From the NCBI RefSeq assembly GCF_009914755.1, contig NC_060940.1: a stretch of 64,000 nucleotides of DNA. One strand, given 5' to 3'. The DNA comes from the human T2T-CHM13v2.0 reference genome, Homo sapiens. Below, piece by piece: positions 26,683 through 39,490 of this stretch (position 1 is the first letter of the stretch; every line of letters begins with the position of its first letter). The translations under genes were made by a program, and so were the position numbers. The notes beneath the pieces were generated by a model. It was not told where the DNA came from and made no database searches. It saw nothing but the letters and a program-made list of their open reading frames with translations.

Positions 26683-26942
26683 TTTGGCTTTCATTGACGA
26701 TGGAATGAAGATTTTGGGTTCTAGTCCCGCTCGTGGTTTTCCCAGAAATTCCAAGGAAGAGAACACAGCAGAACCACCCTTCCACCTTCAGCTGGAGCCT
26801 GGAAACAGCCAGAAAGGGCTGATCCGAGGCTGCCATCTGCTGTCTGCTTCAGGATTGCTGAGGCGGCCTCTGGCCTCTGGGCCTGGGCCCCCAGAGGCAG
26901 GCCTTGGGAGCAAGATTTGGGGGTGACCCCAGGCAGCCCTGG

Positions 26943-27194
26943 GGAGTGGGCAAGTCAGGCAGGGAAGGAGCTGTTAAGGGCTGATGAGCAGGGGTCACTG
27001 TGGGTAACTGGGCTCTGAGCCTCTGGGGACTCCCCTAGAGGAGCGGAACATGGAACGCACCAAGGAGTGGGCAAGTTGGGTGGGAAAGGAGCTGATGAGG
27101 GCTGATGAGCAGGTGTCGCTGTGGGTAACTGGGCTCTGAGCCTCCGGGGACGCCCCCAGAGGAGTGGAACATGGAACGTACCAAGGAGTGGGCA
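26943..27194. repeat. 121-bp tandem duplication (2.1 copies)
   Basis: GGAGTGGGCA at 26943, 27064 and 27185 with matching intervening sequence. Confidence 0.93.
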
Positions 27195-27842
27195 TCTGTC
27201 CCGCAGTCCCCACACGCTGCTGAAGCAGCTGCTCCCATGGCCTCCCTCCCTGGCCCCGTGGCCTCTCCTGTGGACAGGGAGCAAGCTGCCTGGCAGAGGC
27301 CCCGACTCTCACAGCGGGAGCTGTCAGCATGCTGGGGACGGTGAGTGCCAGGTGCCATGGGCCAGAGCCTTTGGTGTAGGCTCTGGCGAAGGGACCCAGG
27401 ACACATGCCTGGAACTCTAAAAGTCCTGGGAATCTGACATTTCACACGGGAGAAAACCTCAGACCAGCCGCACGTGCCCTCCCCTCCCCCAACACACACA
27501 AGCCCTTCCTGGGCTGGAGAGATGGTGGCTCCTGGTGGTCATGCCAGTTGGTTCATGCTCATCAGAACCCATGGATGGAATTGCCTGGGGGACTTCCAGG
27601 GTAGCAGGGGAAGGCAACACTGTTGCCCAAACAGGAGGAACAGGACCACATTGGTCAGAGCCCAGCAGGAGGGAGACAGCACCTGGAGGAGGGCTTCACA
27701 GTGCTGAAAAGGTTTGGGCGGGGCTCAGGGAACCTGTGTGAAGGGACCGAGGACCCTGTGAAAGAGAAGCCCCATCGCCCTAAGCCTGAAGGCTGGGGTG
27801 GGACTGGGGTGGTGTCCTTTCTTGGAATCCACAGAGGACAGG

Positions 27843-28323
27843 TGTGTCAGTGCCATGGGGCTGCGACGAGATGACCACAGGCTCACAGCTCTGTCAGCTC
27901 TGGAGGTCAGAAGTCTGGCACACACCTCGCTGGGCTAAAATCAGGGTGTGTGAGGGCCGGTTCCTCCTGGGACCTCCAGGGGAGGGTCCTTTTCTTACCT
28001 TTGTGGCCTCTGAGGCCGTTGCACTCCTCGGCTCATGGCCCTTCCTCCACCTTCCAGGCCAGCAGCGCAGCCTCTTTCCATTTCTCTCTGACTCTGTGTT
28101 CCTTCTCACACCTGCTCCTGCGGTGACTCTCCCTGCCTCCCTCTTCAAGGACCCTGGGATGACACTGAGCCACCAGGACAACCCAGGGCCACTCCCATCT
28201 CAAGAGCCTTCACTTACTCACCTGCTCAGTCACGTCTGCATGTAAATATCACCAGGGAACATATTCCCAGGATCTGGGATTAGGATGTGGGCATCTTTGG
28301 GGGCTATTATTGAGCCAATAACA
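27843..28323 (-). mobile_element. MLT1D-like MaLR LTR
   Basis: CAGCTCTGGAGGTCAGAAGTCTG...GGGCTAAAATCAGGGTGT...GGGATTAGGATGTGGGCATCTTTGGGGGC. Confidence 0.85.
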
Positions 28324-31300
28324 GTAAAGTCTGAAGGTGCCGTGATGGGCTTTTTGGGGTGCAGCCAAGCCGCAGGAGCCAGAGAATGAACACCCGGCCC
28401 CAATCTCCCTGCTGCCACCCTCTGCATGGACCTAGGCATGGTGGACCCTCCGGGCAGCCTCCTGGACCTGGAGCCTGGAGGGAAGGCAGGGCGGGCGCGA
28501 GGAGGGTGTCTGGCCCTCAGACCTCGACCACGCAAAGGCTGGGCACTGCCAACGTTGACGGCAAGGTCCCTGCTGAGGCTGCAACAGTTCCCAGGTTCAA
28601 GAAAACTAGAGCATGAAATCACGCTGAGTCCTGCCACTTCTTTCCCAGCCTCAATCTGAGGGCAGGATGAACGGATTGCCCTGCACAGCCATCGGGCTGT
28701 TTCAGTGATTACCTGGATGTTTAGAACACAGATTTTAAGAACCTCCCCCACCCAATACGGCTGGTCAATGAGAGAGACACCACTTTGGGAGGTGGCGTCA
28801 ACAGCTCCCCTCCCACCACCACCACGCCTCCCAATTCCCTGGGACAGCTGGACCAGGCCTGGGACTTTCGGGGGTGTCCAGGCACTGGCCACTGCAATCT
28901 CTGGAAAAAGCAGAGAAACCCCAACATCTTTCCTCCATCCTGATTAGGCCTGGCCTTTGCGGAAATCATTCCTGTCCCAGTTAACGCTGTCCTTGTTTTG
29001 AGAAGAGGTGCCCTGGGTGCAGTGATGCATGGGTAGCAGGCTGTCCGGGAGCTCTCTGCCTGACAGAGGGTTAGCCTGCGGCAAGAGGGTAGCTGCAGAG
29101 TGAACAGGCCACGGCGGCTTCTGCTGGCCCTGAGAACGCCCTGCCTGGGGCTGGGTCGGGTCTGTTTGGCAGCATTGCCCAGATTGCAACTCATGTGTCC
29201 TTGAACAAAGTCAATGTGTTTTTCCTCTCCAGAGCCCAGCAACTATCTGACATTCGGAGCTGCTCTTCAGGGTTCTGGGCACGTCGCATATTGCGCCCCA
29301 GCCTTCTCAGCAGCCAGGAGCTGGGAGGTGGAGGGGCCTGTGGTCTGGCCGCCACCTAGCAGGCCTGCATGGCCACCTCCAGCCGGGTGCAGGCTGGCTG
29401 GGGTGGGGCTGCCCTTGACCTTGGGCTCTCCCTCCTCCGCCAGATCCTCAGGCGCTGGCTCAGCCTCCCACGGCCTGGGGGAGCCTCTGTCTGCTCCTTC
29501 CAGCCGTTCAAGGACGAGGCTTCCGAAAGACTCACTGTTCCTGTGTGGGGAACTGAGGCTGTGTGAAGGCTGGATGAACCGCTGCTGTGGCCTGGTGAGA
29601 AAGAGGCTGTGGGCACCCACAGTGCCAGAGAGCCGTCCCCGCCGGGTTCTTTGTGTGTGTAGCCTCGTTTCTGCTTCTGTTTTCATTGTGGGGCTTGGGA
29701 GGAAATCGCCAACCTTCAGCACTGGGGCAGCCCCACCATGGCCAGTGGTTTGTCAATCCCTTTTGTCCCTGCCTGTGTCCAAAGTCTGGGGGCCGCCTGG
29801 GAACCTGAACATCATTGCCGTCTTCCTGGCCTGGGCCGTGGGCTCACTTTGTTATTCCTCTTGGAAATTTGGCCAGGCCACCTTGGATGGGCCCCAGGCA
29901 GCAGGGGGCTACTGGATGCCGTGTTCTGGAGGTTTCTGCGGGAGGGAAGGCGCCCAAATGTATAGCAGCTGGCCTTGACTGGGTTCGGTTTTGGTGAGGG
30001 AGTTTGATTAGGCTTAGGGCCGCCTGGGCATGAAACAGGATCCCAAAACCTCAGCCCCATGACTCTCCCACTCTCCCACCAGGGGAAGGCAGATGTTTTG
30101 GGGCTGTGATGGGCTGGCCTGGCGGTGCCGAGGTGCCTGGAGGCAGGACTGTTTCAGGACCCCGATGGGGACGTAGAGGATGCGGGAAGCCCATGAGTGC
30201 CTCCTGTGCGCGAGCGCTTTGGTGAGCGCCGTGCAGCCGCCTTCTTGGTTGCTGGTGGACGTTCAGCCCTAATACCCTGCTCTCTCGCCCGCAGCCCCAT
30301 CTGAAGCCCCTGAAATTTGAACCTTGATTTAGGGATTTGGCCTGTTTGTCAGTGGGTTTTCCACATGTGGTTTCCACAGGAACTTTTGCTGTTTAAGTGC
30401 TTTTTTAAACGATGAAGTTATCTTTTTCCTATTGGGATGAGCTCACTGGCTTTTGTGTGGGCTGCAGGCGCTGGGTGATTGGAAGGGCCATGGACTTCTG
30501 AACCCAGAGGAGAAGCCCTGTGTACAAAAGCCGCTGGGTCTCAGCAGTCCCCGAGGAGGTGGTTGTGAACGTAGCACCAACTTCTTTGATCTTCTGAGAT
30601 CGCTGCGTTTTTCTAGTAAAGCCCCCATGGAAAGCTTAGCATGCAGGCAGGTGGGTCGTGGCCTCCCTCTTGAGTGAGCTGAAGGATTTAAGAACTGTCA
30701 GCTTCCTATATTATAGATGGGATGGGGTTTAACGTCTGCAGCAGCCAGACTTCGTAAGGGCCAAGAAACTTGTGTGACCTTGTGTGATCTTGAGGGGCAG
30801 GGAGAAGACCTTTAGCTCAGAACGGCGCAAAGAATTAACGCTGAGGATGAAGCCAGGGAGGGGAACCAGAGCCGGAGCCGGGCTAAGCCAGTTCCCACCT
30901 CCCATCTTGCAGCGCGGACCAGGGCTGACCGTGGCACAGCCTGTGGATCATCCACCAGGAGTGCCTGAGGGGACCAGCTTGGACGCAGCCCGTGGGGAGC
31001 TGGGCGCGCTCTTCTGGAGCTGGACGGCCTCCAGGGTCCCCTCAGAGTGTCTCCGATGGGGAGGCTGGACACAGCGTCCCTGCACCAAGGGGGCAGTGCT
31101 CTCGTCACAGAGCAGAGGGCCGCACCGCCCGTGTTTGTCTTTCCCATTGCAGCTTCTCAGGCCCTAGGCCAGGCCTCGTTCCCATCAGATAAAGCCTGGG
31201 GCGGCCGGACGCAGTGCAAGCAATCGTGCCTGACTCACAGGAAGGGAGGAAAACAGGAATTCACGCAGAAGCTGTAATGTTCCCCCTTGGCCCTGGGAAG

Positions 31301-32053
31301 GGTGTGAAGGGATGTGCGGGGGGGCGGCTCTGCCCTTCCTCGCCCCCTTCCAGGTGCCTAGACTTGGGAAGGAGAGGGATGCCGCCAAGCTCGGGTCCTG
31401 CAGGGCCCCGGCCTTCTGGTGTGGGATCTGACTTGGGAAGGCCCGGCGCTGGGGCTGCTGCTGAAATTCTTGAGACTGGTTGACAAGGGATCCCGTGGTT
31501 TCATTTTGCACCGGGCCCCTCCAGGGATGGAGAGGGTCCTGACTGGCAGTGTCGAAGCCCCGGGGTCTCTCCTTGGTCCCTGGCTCCCCTCACAGCCCTC
31601 CCTGCCCATGGAGCTCCGGGCTTCCACACACATTTCTCTCCTTTTTAACGGCTCATTTCTTTGGGTTCAGCAGTACCTGGGTCCCCAGTGCCCTCCTTCT
31701 GAGGCTCTCTCCTTTGAGTGGCCACCCTCCCCCCACACACTTGGAGCCCGGAACCGGGAGTGCCGTGGACACCAGCCCTCCCTGGCCCAGACCCTCTGCC
31801 TCTCCTGGGCCTCCCAAGAGTAAAACCTCTCCACGCCAGACCAGGCTGCAAACCTGGATTTGAAACCAGCGCTGTCGCACTCCTTGAACTGTATCAGGGG
31901 TTTTCAGTAGCGGGACCGGAACCAGAACCCAAAAGAGGCTCCTTCCTTGTCTTGAATTCCTCCCACCTGAGTTAGCATCTTGGAGGTCAACGTTTCAAGG
32001 AATTCAGTATCTGAGAAGAGAAAGACACCAAACCGTAGTTCCCCATGAGGACT

Positions 32054-33230
32054 TGTTGCTGGAAAAAACATCTAACTCCATACAATGTTTGAAGAGAGTT
32101 ATTCTGAGCCAAATGTGAGAAGCATGACCGGTGACACAGCTCCAGGGGGTCCTGAGGACATGTGCCGCAGGGGGTTGGGCCACAGCCCGAGCTCATACAC
32201 TACGGGGACAGGAGGTTCAGGCAGAGTCAGTCAATACTTGACAGATGTACGTTGGCTCTGCCCAGAAAGGCGGGACGACTTCAAGGTGAGGAGGGTCTTC
32301 CTGGTCACAGGTGGGTTCAAAGACTTTCTGATTAGCAATTGGTTGAGAGAGTTAAGTTATTATCTGATCACCTGGACTCAATAGAAAGGAGTGTCTGGAT
32401 TAAGATAAGGGGCTGTGGAGACCAAAGTTCTTATTCTGTAGAAGAAATCTCATAGGGGGCTGCCCTTCGAGGCAATAGATGGCAAATGTCTCCTATTGAG
32501 ACCTTTGAAATGTGCTAGACGCTAAGCCCATCTCTCCAGCATCAGAAAAAGCCCTGGAAAGGGAAGAGGATTCTCTACAGAATGTGGATTTTCCCCACAA
32601 GAGACAGCTTTGCGGGGCCGTTTAAAATTATGTCAAACACTCTATTCCTTCCAGGACCTGCTCCCTGTCATGTGATGTTATACTAGACTCGGGTTGGAAT
32701 TTGGTGTCTTATTGCTACAAACAGCCTGTGCTGTCAGTCTTAAACTCTCGGTTTTAATGTGAGTGCTGGTCAGCTGGGCCTGAATTCCATAGGGAGGGGG
32801 GTATAAAGAGACGTGTCCGACCCCCACTTCCCATCACAGCCTGAACTTGTTTTTTAGGTTTACTTTGGAATCCTCTTGGCTGAGAAGAGGGTTCCATTCA
32901 GTTGGTTGGGGAGCTTAGAGTTTTATTTTTGGGCTGGGCACGGTATCTCACGCCTGTAATCCCAGCACTTTGGGAGGCTGAGGCAGGTGGATCACCTGAG
33001 GTCAGGAGTTCAAGACCAGCCTGGCCAGCGTGGCAAAACCCCATCTCTACTAAAAATACAAAAATTAGCCAGGCGTGGTGGTGGGTGCCTGTAAGCTCAG
33101 CTACTCGGGAGGCTGAGGCAAGAGAATCGCTTGAACCTGGGAGGCGGAGGTTGCTGTGAGCCGAGCTAGTGCCACTGTAGACACAGCGAGACTCTGTCTC
33201 AAAAAAAAAAAAAATTATTTTTGGTTCACA
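32054..33230 (-). mobile_element. MER4-family (D/E-like) ERV1 solo LTR with Alu insertion
   Basis: TG...CA ends, exact 4-bp TSD GACT (32050-32053 and 33231-33234), MER4-type sequence. Confidence 0.88.
32931..33213 (+). mobile_element. AluSx-like SINE inside the MER4 LTR
   Basis: Alu body with small 3' deletion; TSD TTATTTTTG. Confidence 0.93.
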
Positions 33231-33284
33231 GACTTAAAAGAATCAGTGCTCTGCCAAGCAAGCCAGCATCCCTCTAATTTTTTC

Positions 33285-34665
33285 TTAATTAATAAACTAT
33301 TTTTAAGAGCAGCTTTAGGTTTCAGAAAATAGAACAGATAACAATTACCATATCCCTTCTCTCCATCCTCCCTTGCCCTCCAGTTCCACTACTGAGAACA
33401 TTCTGTGGGTGCTGACAGATGAATCATGGCACACGATCCCCATTACAGTATCACAGAGCAGCTTCCTGGGCCCCTAAATCCTCCATGCTCCTGCCACGCA
33501 CCCTCCCTGCCCTCCTTGCTCCTGCCATGCACCCTCCCTGCCCTCCTTGCTCCTGCCACGCACCCTCCCTGCCCTCCTTGCTCCTGCCACGCACCCTCCC
33601 TGCCCTCCTTGCTCCTGCCACGCACCCTCCCTGCCCTCCTTGCTCCTGCCACTCACCCTCCCTGCCTTCCGTGCTCCTGCCACTCACCCTCCCTGCCTTC
33701 CGTGCTCCTGCCACTCACCCTCCCTGCCCACCGTGCTCCTGCCACGCACCCTCCCTGCCCTCCTTGCTCCTGCCACGCACCCTCCCTGCCCTCCGTGCTC
33801 CTGCCACGCACCCTCCCTGCCCTCCTTGCTCCTGCCACGCACACTCCCTGCCCTCCGTGCTCCTGCCACTCACCCTCCCTGCCCTCCGTGCTCCTGCCAC
33901 TCACCCTCCCTGCCCTCCGTGCTCCTGCCACTCACCCTCCCTGCCCTCCGTGCTCCTGCCACTCACCCTCCCTGCCCTCCGTGCTCCTGCCACGCACCCT
34001 CCCTGCCCTCCGTGCTCCTGCCACGCACCCTCCCTGCCCTCCGTGCTCCTGCCACTCACCCTCCCTGCCCTCCGTGCTCCTGCCACGCACCCTCCCTGCC
34101 CTCCGTGCTCCTGCCACGCACCCTCCCTGCCCTCCGTGCTCCTGCCACTCACCCTCCCTGCCCTCCGTGCTCCTGCCACGCACCCTCCCTGCCCTCCGTG
34201 CTCCTGCCACTCACCCTCCCTGCCCTCCGTGCTCCTGCCACGCACCCTCCCTGCCCTCCGTGCTCCTGCCACGCACCCTCCCTGCCCTCCGTGCTCCTGC
34301 CACTCACCCTCCCTGCCCTCCGTGCTCCTGCCACTCACCCTCCCTGCCCTCCTTGCTCCTGCCACTCACCCTTCCTGCACTCTGTGCTCCTGCCAGTCAC
34401 CCTCTGCCCAGCCCCGGCAGCTGCTGATCTTTCTTGTTTTCATGGTTTTGCCTTTTCCTGAATGTCGTGGAGTTGGAATCACACAGTATCCAGCCTTCTC
34501 CAATGGGCTTCTTCACCTAGCAGCATCTAAGATTCCTCCCTGCCTTTTCACAGCCTGGCACTTCCTTTCTTTTTAGCACTGAAAAATATTCCATTGTCTG
34601 GAGGGACCCCAGCTTATCCATTCACCTATGAAGGTATCTTGGTTTCTCCTAAGTTCTGGAGATGA
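33285..34665 (-). mobile_element. L1MC/MD-like 3' UTR fragment containing the 31-bp VNTR
   Basis: TAAACTATTTTTAAGAGCAGCTTTAGGTTT before the array; GTTTTGCCTTTTCCTGAATGTC...TATTCCATTGTCTGGA after it. Confidence 0.8.
33481..34410. repeat. 31-bp minisatellite (VNTR), about 30 copies
   Basis: CTCC(G/T)TGCTCCTGCCAC(G/T)CACCCTCCCTGCC, highly homogeneous. Confidence 0.98.
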
Positions 34666-34967
34666 TGAAATCCACCCTCTAATTTTCACCTGTTTCTCTG
34701 TGCTCCGCCCCTCCCAACTGGGAGCTCTGACAGGGAGGGGGATGCCCACGCTGCCATGTGGCCCGCAGCACCCACTCACCCTGTGTCTGCTGAACTGCAT
34801 GGTAGGGAACAGAAGGGAGGCTGGAAGTTCCCCGTGGGAAGGGAGAGAGGAATGAGCCCTTTTGTCCCTCTGTCGGGTGGAGAGCCGCACAAGTGACACA
34901 CAGGGGTCCCTCCCTGATGCTGCTGGGAAGGAGGCAGGAGGAAGGGATGTCCCAAAGTGGGGCGCAC

Positions 34968-35082
34968 AGACCCTAGATAGATAGACCCTAGATAGACCCT
35001 AAATAGACCCTAGATAGACCCTAAATAGATAGATCCTAGATACATAGACCCCAGATAGACTCTAGATAGACCCGAGGTAGAC
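34968..35082. repeat. 11-bp repeat (ATAGACCCTAG)n with GATA inserts
   Basis: Visible directly in the sequence. Confidence 0.9.
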
Positions 35083-36044
35083 TGCCCGGGTCTGTCCAGG
35101 CCAACTTGAGGGCTTCCCTTAGGAGGCAACTGTCCAGGTCCTCTCTGGGTTGGAGACTGGGGTTTGCCAATCACCACTTAATTTAAACTCTTTAAAATGT
35201 ATATATCTGAGAACATTCAGGACCAGAAGGCAGTGAAGTTGATAGCTTCCTATCAACCCTCTTAAAACCATGGAGATCCCAGCCTTCTCTGCAGGGAAGG
35301 GGGCAGAGCCCGGAGCCTGACCCTGGGGCAGCCATGCCCTGTGATAATCCACCAGAGCCCAGGAGCCCACTGTCCTTGTTGAGAAGAGCAGGCGCCTCTG
35401 CTTTGTAGTGGAATCACTGCATACAGAACATGCTTCTGAAAGTTCCTGCCCCTCAGCCCTGTGGAGATCCGGCCTCCCTCCCTCCATGGCCTTGGCTGTC
35501 TGCCCGGCTTCAGGAGATACAGTCCAGCCTCCTTGGTGACTGTGTGAGGCTGGGTGAGTCACTGCCCCCTTTCTGACCTTGTCTGATTCATGGTAAAACG
35601 GGCTATGAGTAACTGGTTTAATCTTGCACATGAACTGGGATTGACTGGTAATGGCTGTCTGGAGTCTGGGTCTAGCTCTGTGTAGATTAGACATGTCTGC
35701 CATGGTGCGGGTGAGGGAGGTGGGGTTGTGCCGAAGTCTCTGCCATCGGCTATTCTCTGGGGTTTTTCTACTGGTCCTACTCGTTTTTGTTCATTTTACA
35801 ATCCAGAGTTGTGAGTTGGGTAGATCAGCTGGGAAAAAATGGAAAAGTAGTTGTTTTAATTATTTCCCCTTTATGTGGTTAAAAAGAAGATGAAGAAGAT
35901 TCTTTAAGTTCTAGCATTGACTGTTGAAAGCCACTTGTATAAAAGGTGCCAAGAACTACAGGATTCTTTCATCTACTGCTTTGCTTCAGGTGAGACTTGG
36001 AATATGATGGGATCAGGAATGGGTCTGAGTGCGAATTTTCATGA

Positions 36045-36376
<332 letters not shown>

Positions 36377-37604
36377 AACAATCACTGTGGTCTCTTAATG
36401 ACAGTGTTATCTTGCATGCCCAGAAATTTACATTATTTCCAGCTTGAAATTGCCCAGCTAGGTAGGTATTACAATCTGATGGTGGAAAAGCTCAGGCAGA
36501 CCTGCCCAGGCCCCATTGGCGGTGGAGGGGCTGCTGCTCTGGCCTGTGCTTGGGGCCATCGATCCTCCTGCCCAGAGAAGAGCCAAACACCCATGCCCAT
36601 TGGTGACTGACCCTGAGCCGGCGATGCTGGCTGCCTATGATGATTTAAGGGGGTGATTCTCAAAGCCTGCTCTGTCCTGCCAGCCCCAATCAGCAGTGGG
36701 AGGTGCTCCCGGTCATTTCTGGAGGTCAGGATGTGTCTTCTCACACGGGTTTCTTTCACTTAGCCACAGTGTGGCCTGACCTTCAGAAGTGAGTCACTTG
36801 AGGAGGAGTGGGAGGAAGTCCAGTCATTCCTCTAATAATCGTGTGATGGGGGAAGAGAGAGAGATTTGGAGGGAGGGAAGGAGAGAGGCAGAGAAAGAGC
36901 ATGTTGGGAGAGAGGCCACAGCTAGCAGCTGACAGTTGCCCAGGGCTGCGTGGGGAGGCTGACCTTTCTGTATGGGATCGGTCACGGGCATGCTGACCGC
37001 CTGGCCTCAACACTGTGCCCACCAGGTGCAAGAATTGAAAAGGGAATGTACTAATATGCAGAACGTGGGGTCCACAGAGACGCAGATGCATCAACCAGAG
37101 AGCGAGAGAAGCGTCTCTGGAGCTGGGATAGGCCACTGTGTAAGATGCAAGGCTGGAGAGTGGGTATCTGCCAACCCCAGAGCCCTCAACATAGGGGAAA
37201 TTAACCGCTCCAGGCGGAAGGCAACTTAGGGACGTTTTTGGAGACAGGCACATCACCACTGTCACCTGCAGCCACGGGCAACCGTGAGTTGGTTTGAAGG
37301 ATGGTTGAAAAGAAAAGCCCCTTGTGCTGGAAAAGTCCTTCCCAGCCCACTTCCCCACCCCTGCTGACGCCAGGGACCCTCAGTGTGCCCCAGGCCGCAC
37401 CGCCAGCCCTCTCTCAGTGGGGGTAAGAGACACACAAGCTGCCTGCCACCGAGGCCCACCCCAGGGGCTGGGCAGAAACCCCATCTTCCTGCAGGCCCTG
37501 GCTGCCAGGAGGGCCACCCACACCATGTCAGACGCTGCCTGGCAGGGCTCTGCCATTGTCCCTGCTTGGTCACGGAGCAGCATGGGTTAAAAGTGCTATT
37601 GTTA

Positions 37605-37893
<289 letters not shown>

Positions 37894-38835
37894 CTATTGT
37901 CACATGAAAAGTTTATTTGTTGGGGACCTGTAAGGCTCAAGAGAATGAACCCAGACTTGGTGGCAGCTCTGTTGGTGGCTGAGCTCTAGGGACAGTGCCC
38001 TCACTGGGGTGGGCTCAGGTGTCACCAGGGCCCAGGCGACAACTGGGGAGCCAGCACTGAACCAGACACGGTGGTTGTCCCTCCCTTGCACTCATGACAG
38101 GCTCAGGGTCCTGGCAGGCACTTGCAGAGCCCACTGGCAGGGAGTGTTGACATCTGGTCCCCAGCCATCCCGATCACACCACTGATGTCATCACCTTGTA
38201 CCCCTGGGATGCTCCATGGCCTCTCCACCATGCACACTGGAACATGGGGAGAAGGATGCCGTGTCTGAGGTGGTATGAGATGACAAGGAGCATGCTTGGG
38301 GCCGGTGGAACAACGTGCTCCCAGCTGCCCCTGCCCTTCAGGGTGAGGGACCTGCTCCAGCAAGTTCAGGGCCCCGTGGAGACTCAGCCTGGAGAGGAGA
38401 GGCTCAAGGGCTCCTCCCGGAGTTCTGGGAATGTGTGGGAGTTGGAGGCACCCTGCGGCTAGAAGGCACTGTTTCCCGCTGCTGTGCAGACAGGACGGGA
38501 GGAAGGGGGTTCATGCCGTACCCAGGGGATTTGGCGAGACAGTTAAAGGCTGAGCAAGGAGCTCATGAGGCTTTGGTGGGGCTGGCATGGGTCCCCCAAC
38601 CCTGGAAGTCGCAGAGAGCACCACCTGCAGGTGGCCCAAGCCATCCTTCAGGAAAGGCACTCAGAGCCCGGCACTCTGCAACCGGCTCTAGTGGTCAAGG
38701 GTGAGGAGCCTGGAGCCCCACGCTGGGCCCGAAGGTTCAAGGGCTTCTCATCAGCGGCTTCTCATCCGTCTCACCCTGGTCTGCGGCTTCTTCTCTAAAT
38801 GCATTTTCAAAATTCAAAATGCATTCAAAATTCTT

Positions 38836-39153
38836 CAACAATGCATTTCCGCACAGCTCTGGAGGCCAGAGTCCAAGTCAGGGTGCCGGCAAGGCTGGCT
38901 CTTCTGAGGCCTCTCCCTGGCTTGTCGAGGCCGCCTTCTCCCTGTGACCTCACATGGCCATCCCTCTGTGCATCTATGTCCTAATCTTCTCCTAGAAGGA
39001 CACCAGGCAGATTGGACTGGGGCCCACCCAGATGACCTCATGCTACCTTAGTCACCTCTCTAAGCCTGTCTCCAAATACAGTCACATTCTTAGGCCCTGG
39101 GGGTTAGGACTTCTACATGTGCACTTTGGGAGGACCTAGTTCTGCCCAGAGCA
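38836..39153 (-). mobile_element. MLT1B-like MaLR LTR
   Basis: TTCTGAGGCCTCTCCCTGGCTTG...TCTCCAAATACAGTCACATTCT...GGGGTTAGGACTTC. Confidence 0.85.
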
Positions 39154-39319
39154 GATGGGAGGGAGCTCCAGCCTGACCACCGCCCCCTTTCCCAGGCAGG
39201 GTCTTAGGCAGCAGCGGGTTGAGGGTCAGCCTGGTTCCCACAGCAAGGATGCTAGCCATTGCCTGAAAGCATGAGGCATCTCCGGCACATGGGGCTTGGC
39301 ACTGTCTCTAAAGCCCAGG

Positions 39320-39490
39320 GTGTTTACACATTCCTGTCATGGAGGGGAAAACCCAAGGAGCAGCAGCCTGGAGCACGCATTCACCCCTGCCTGCCGGGGC
39401 TTCGGAAGGAGCTAGCTGGGAAACCATGAGTCAAGGAAAATCCTTTATGGAATGAACAAAAACAAAAGGAACAGAAGCCTTTGACTCAGC
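39320..39490. promoter_or_regulatory. Candidate enhancer module (AP-1 x2, TEAD x2, FOX, NFAT:AP-1-like)
   Basis: TGTTTAC 39321, ACATTCC 39328, GGAAAccaTGAGTCA 39419-39433, TGGAATG 39448, TGACTCAGC 39482. Confidence 0.5.

Noticed and set aside
33419-34576. 385-, 333- and 304-aa ORFs
   Set aside because: All three plus frames are open because the 31-bp unit lacks stops; the peptides are permutations of the repeat.
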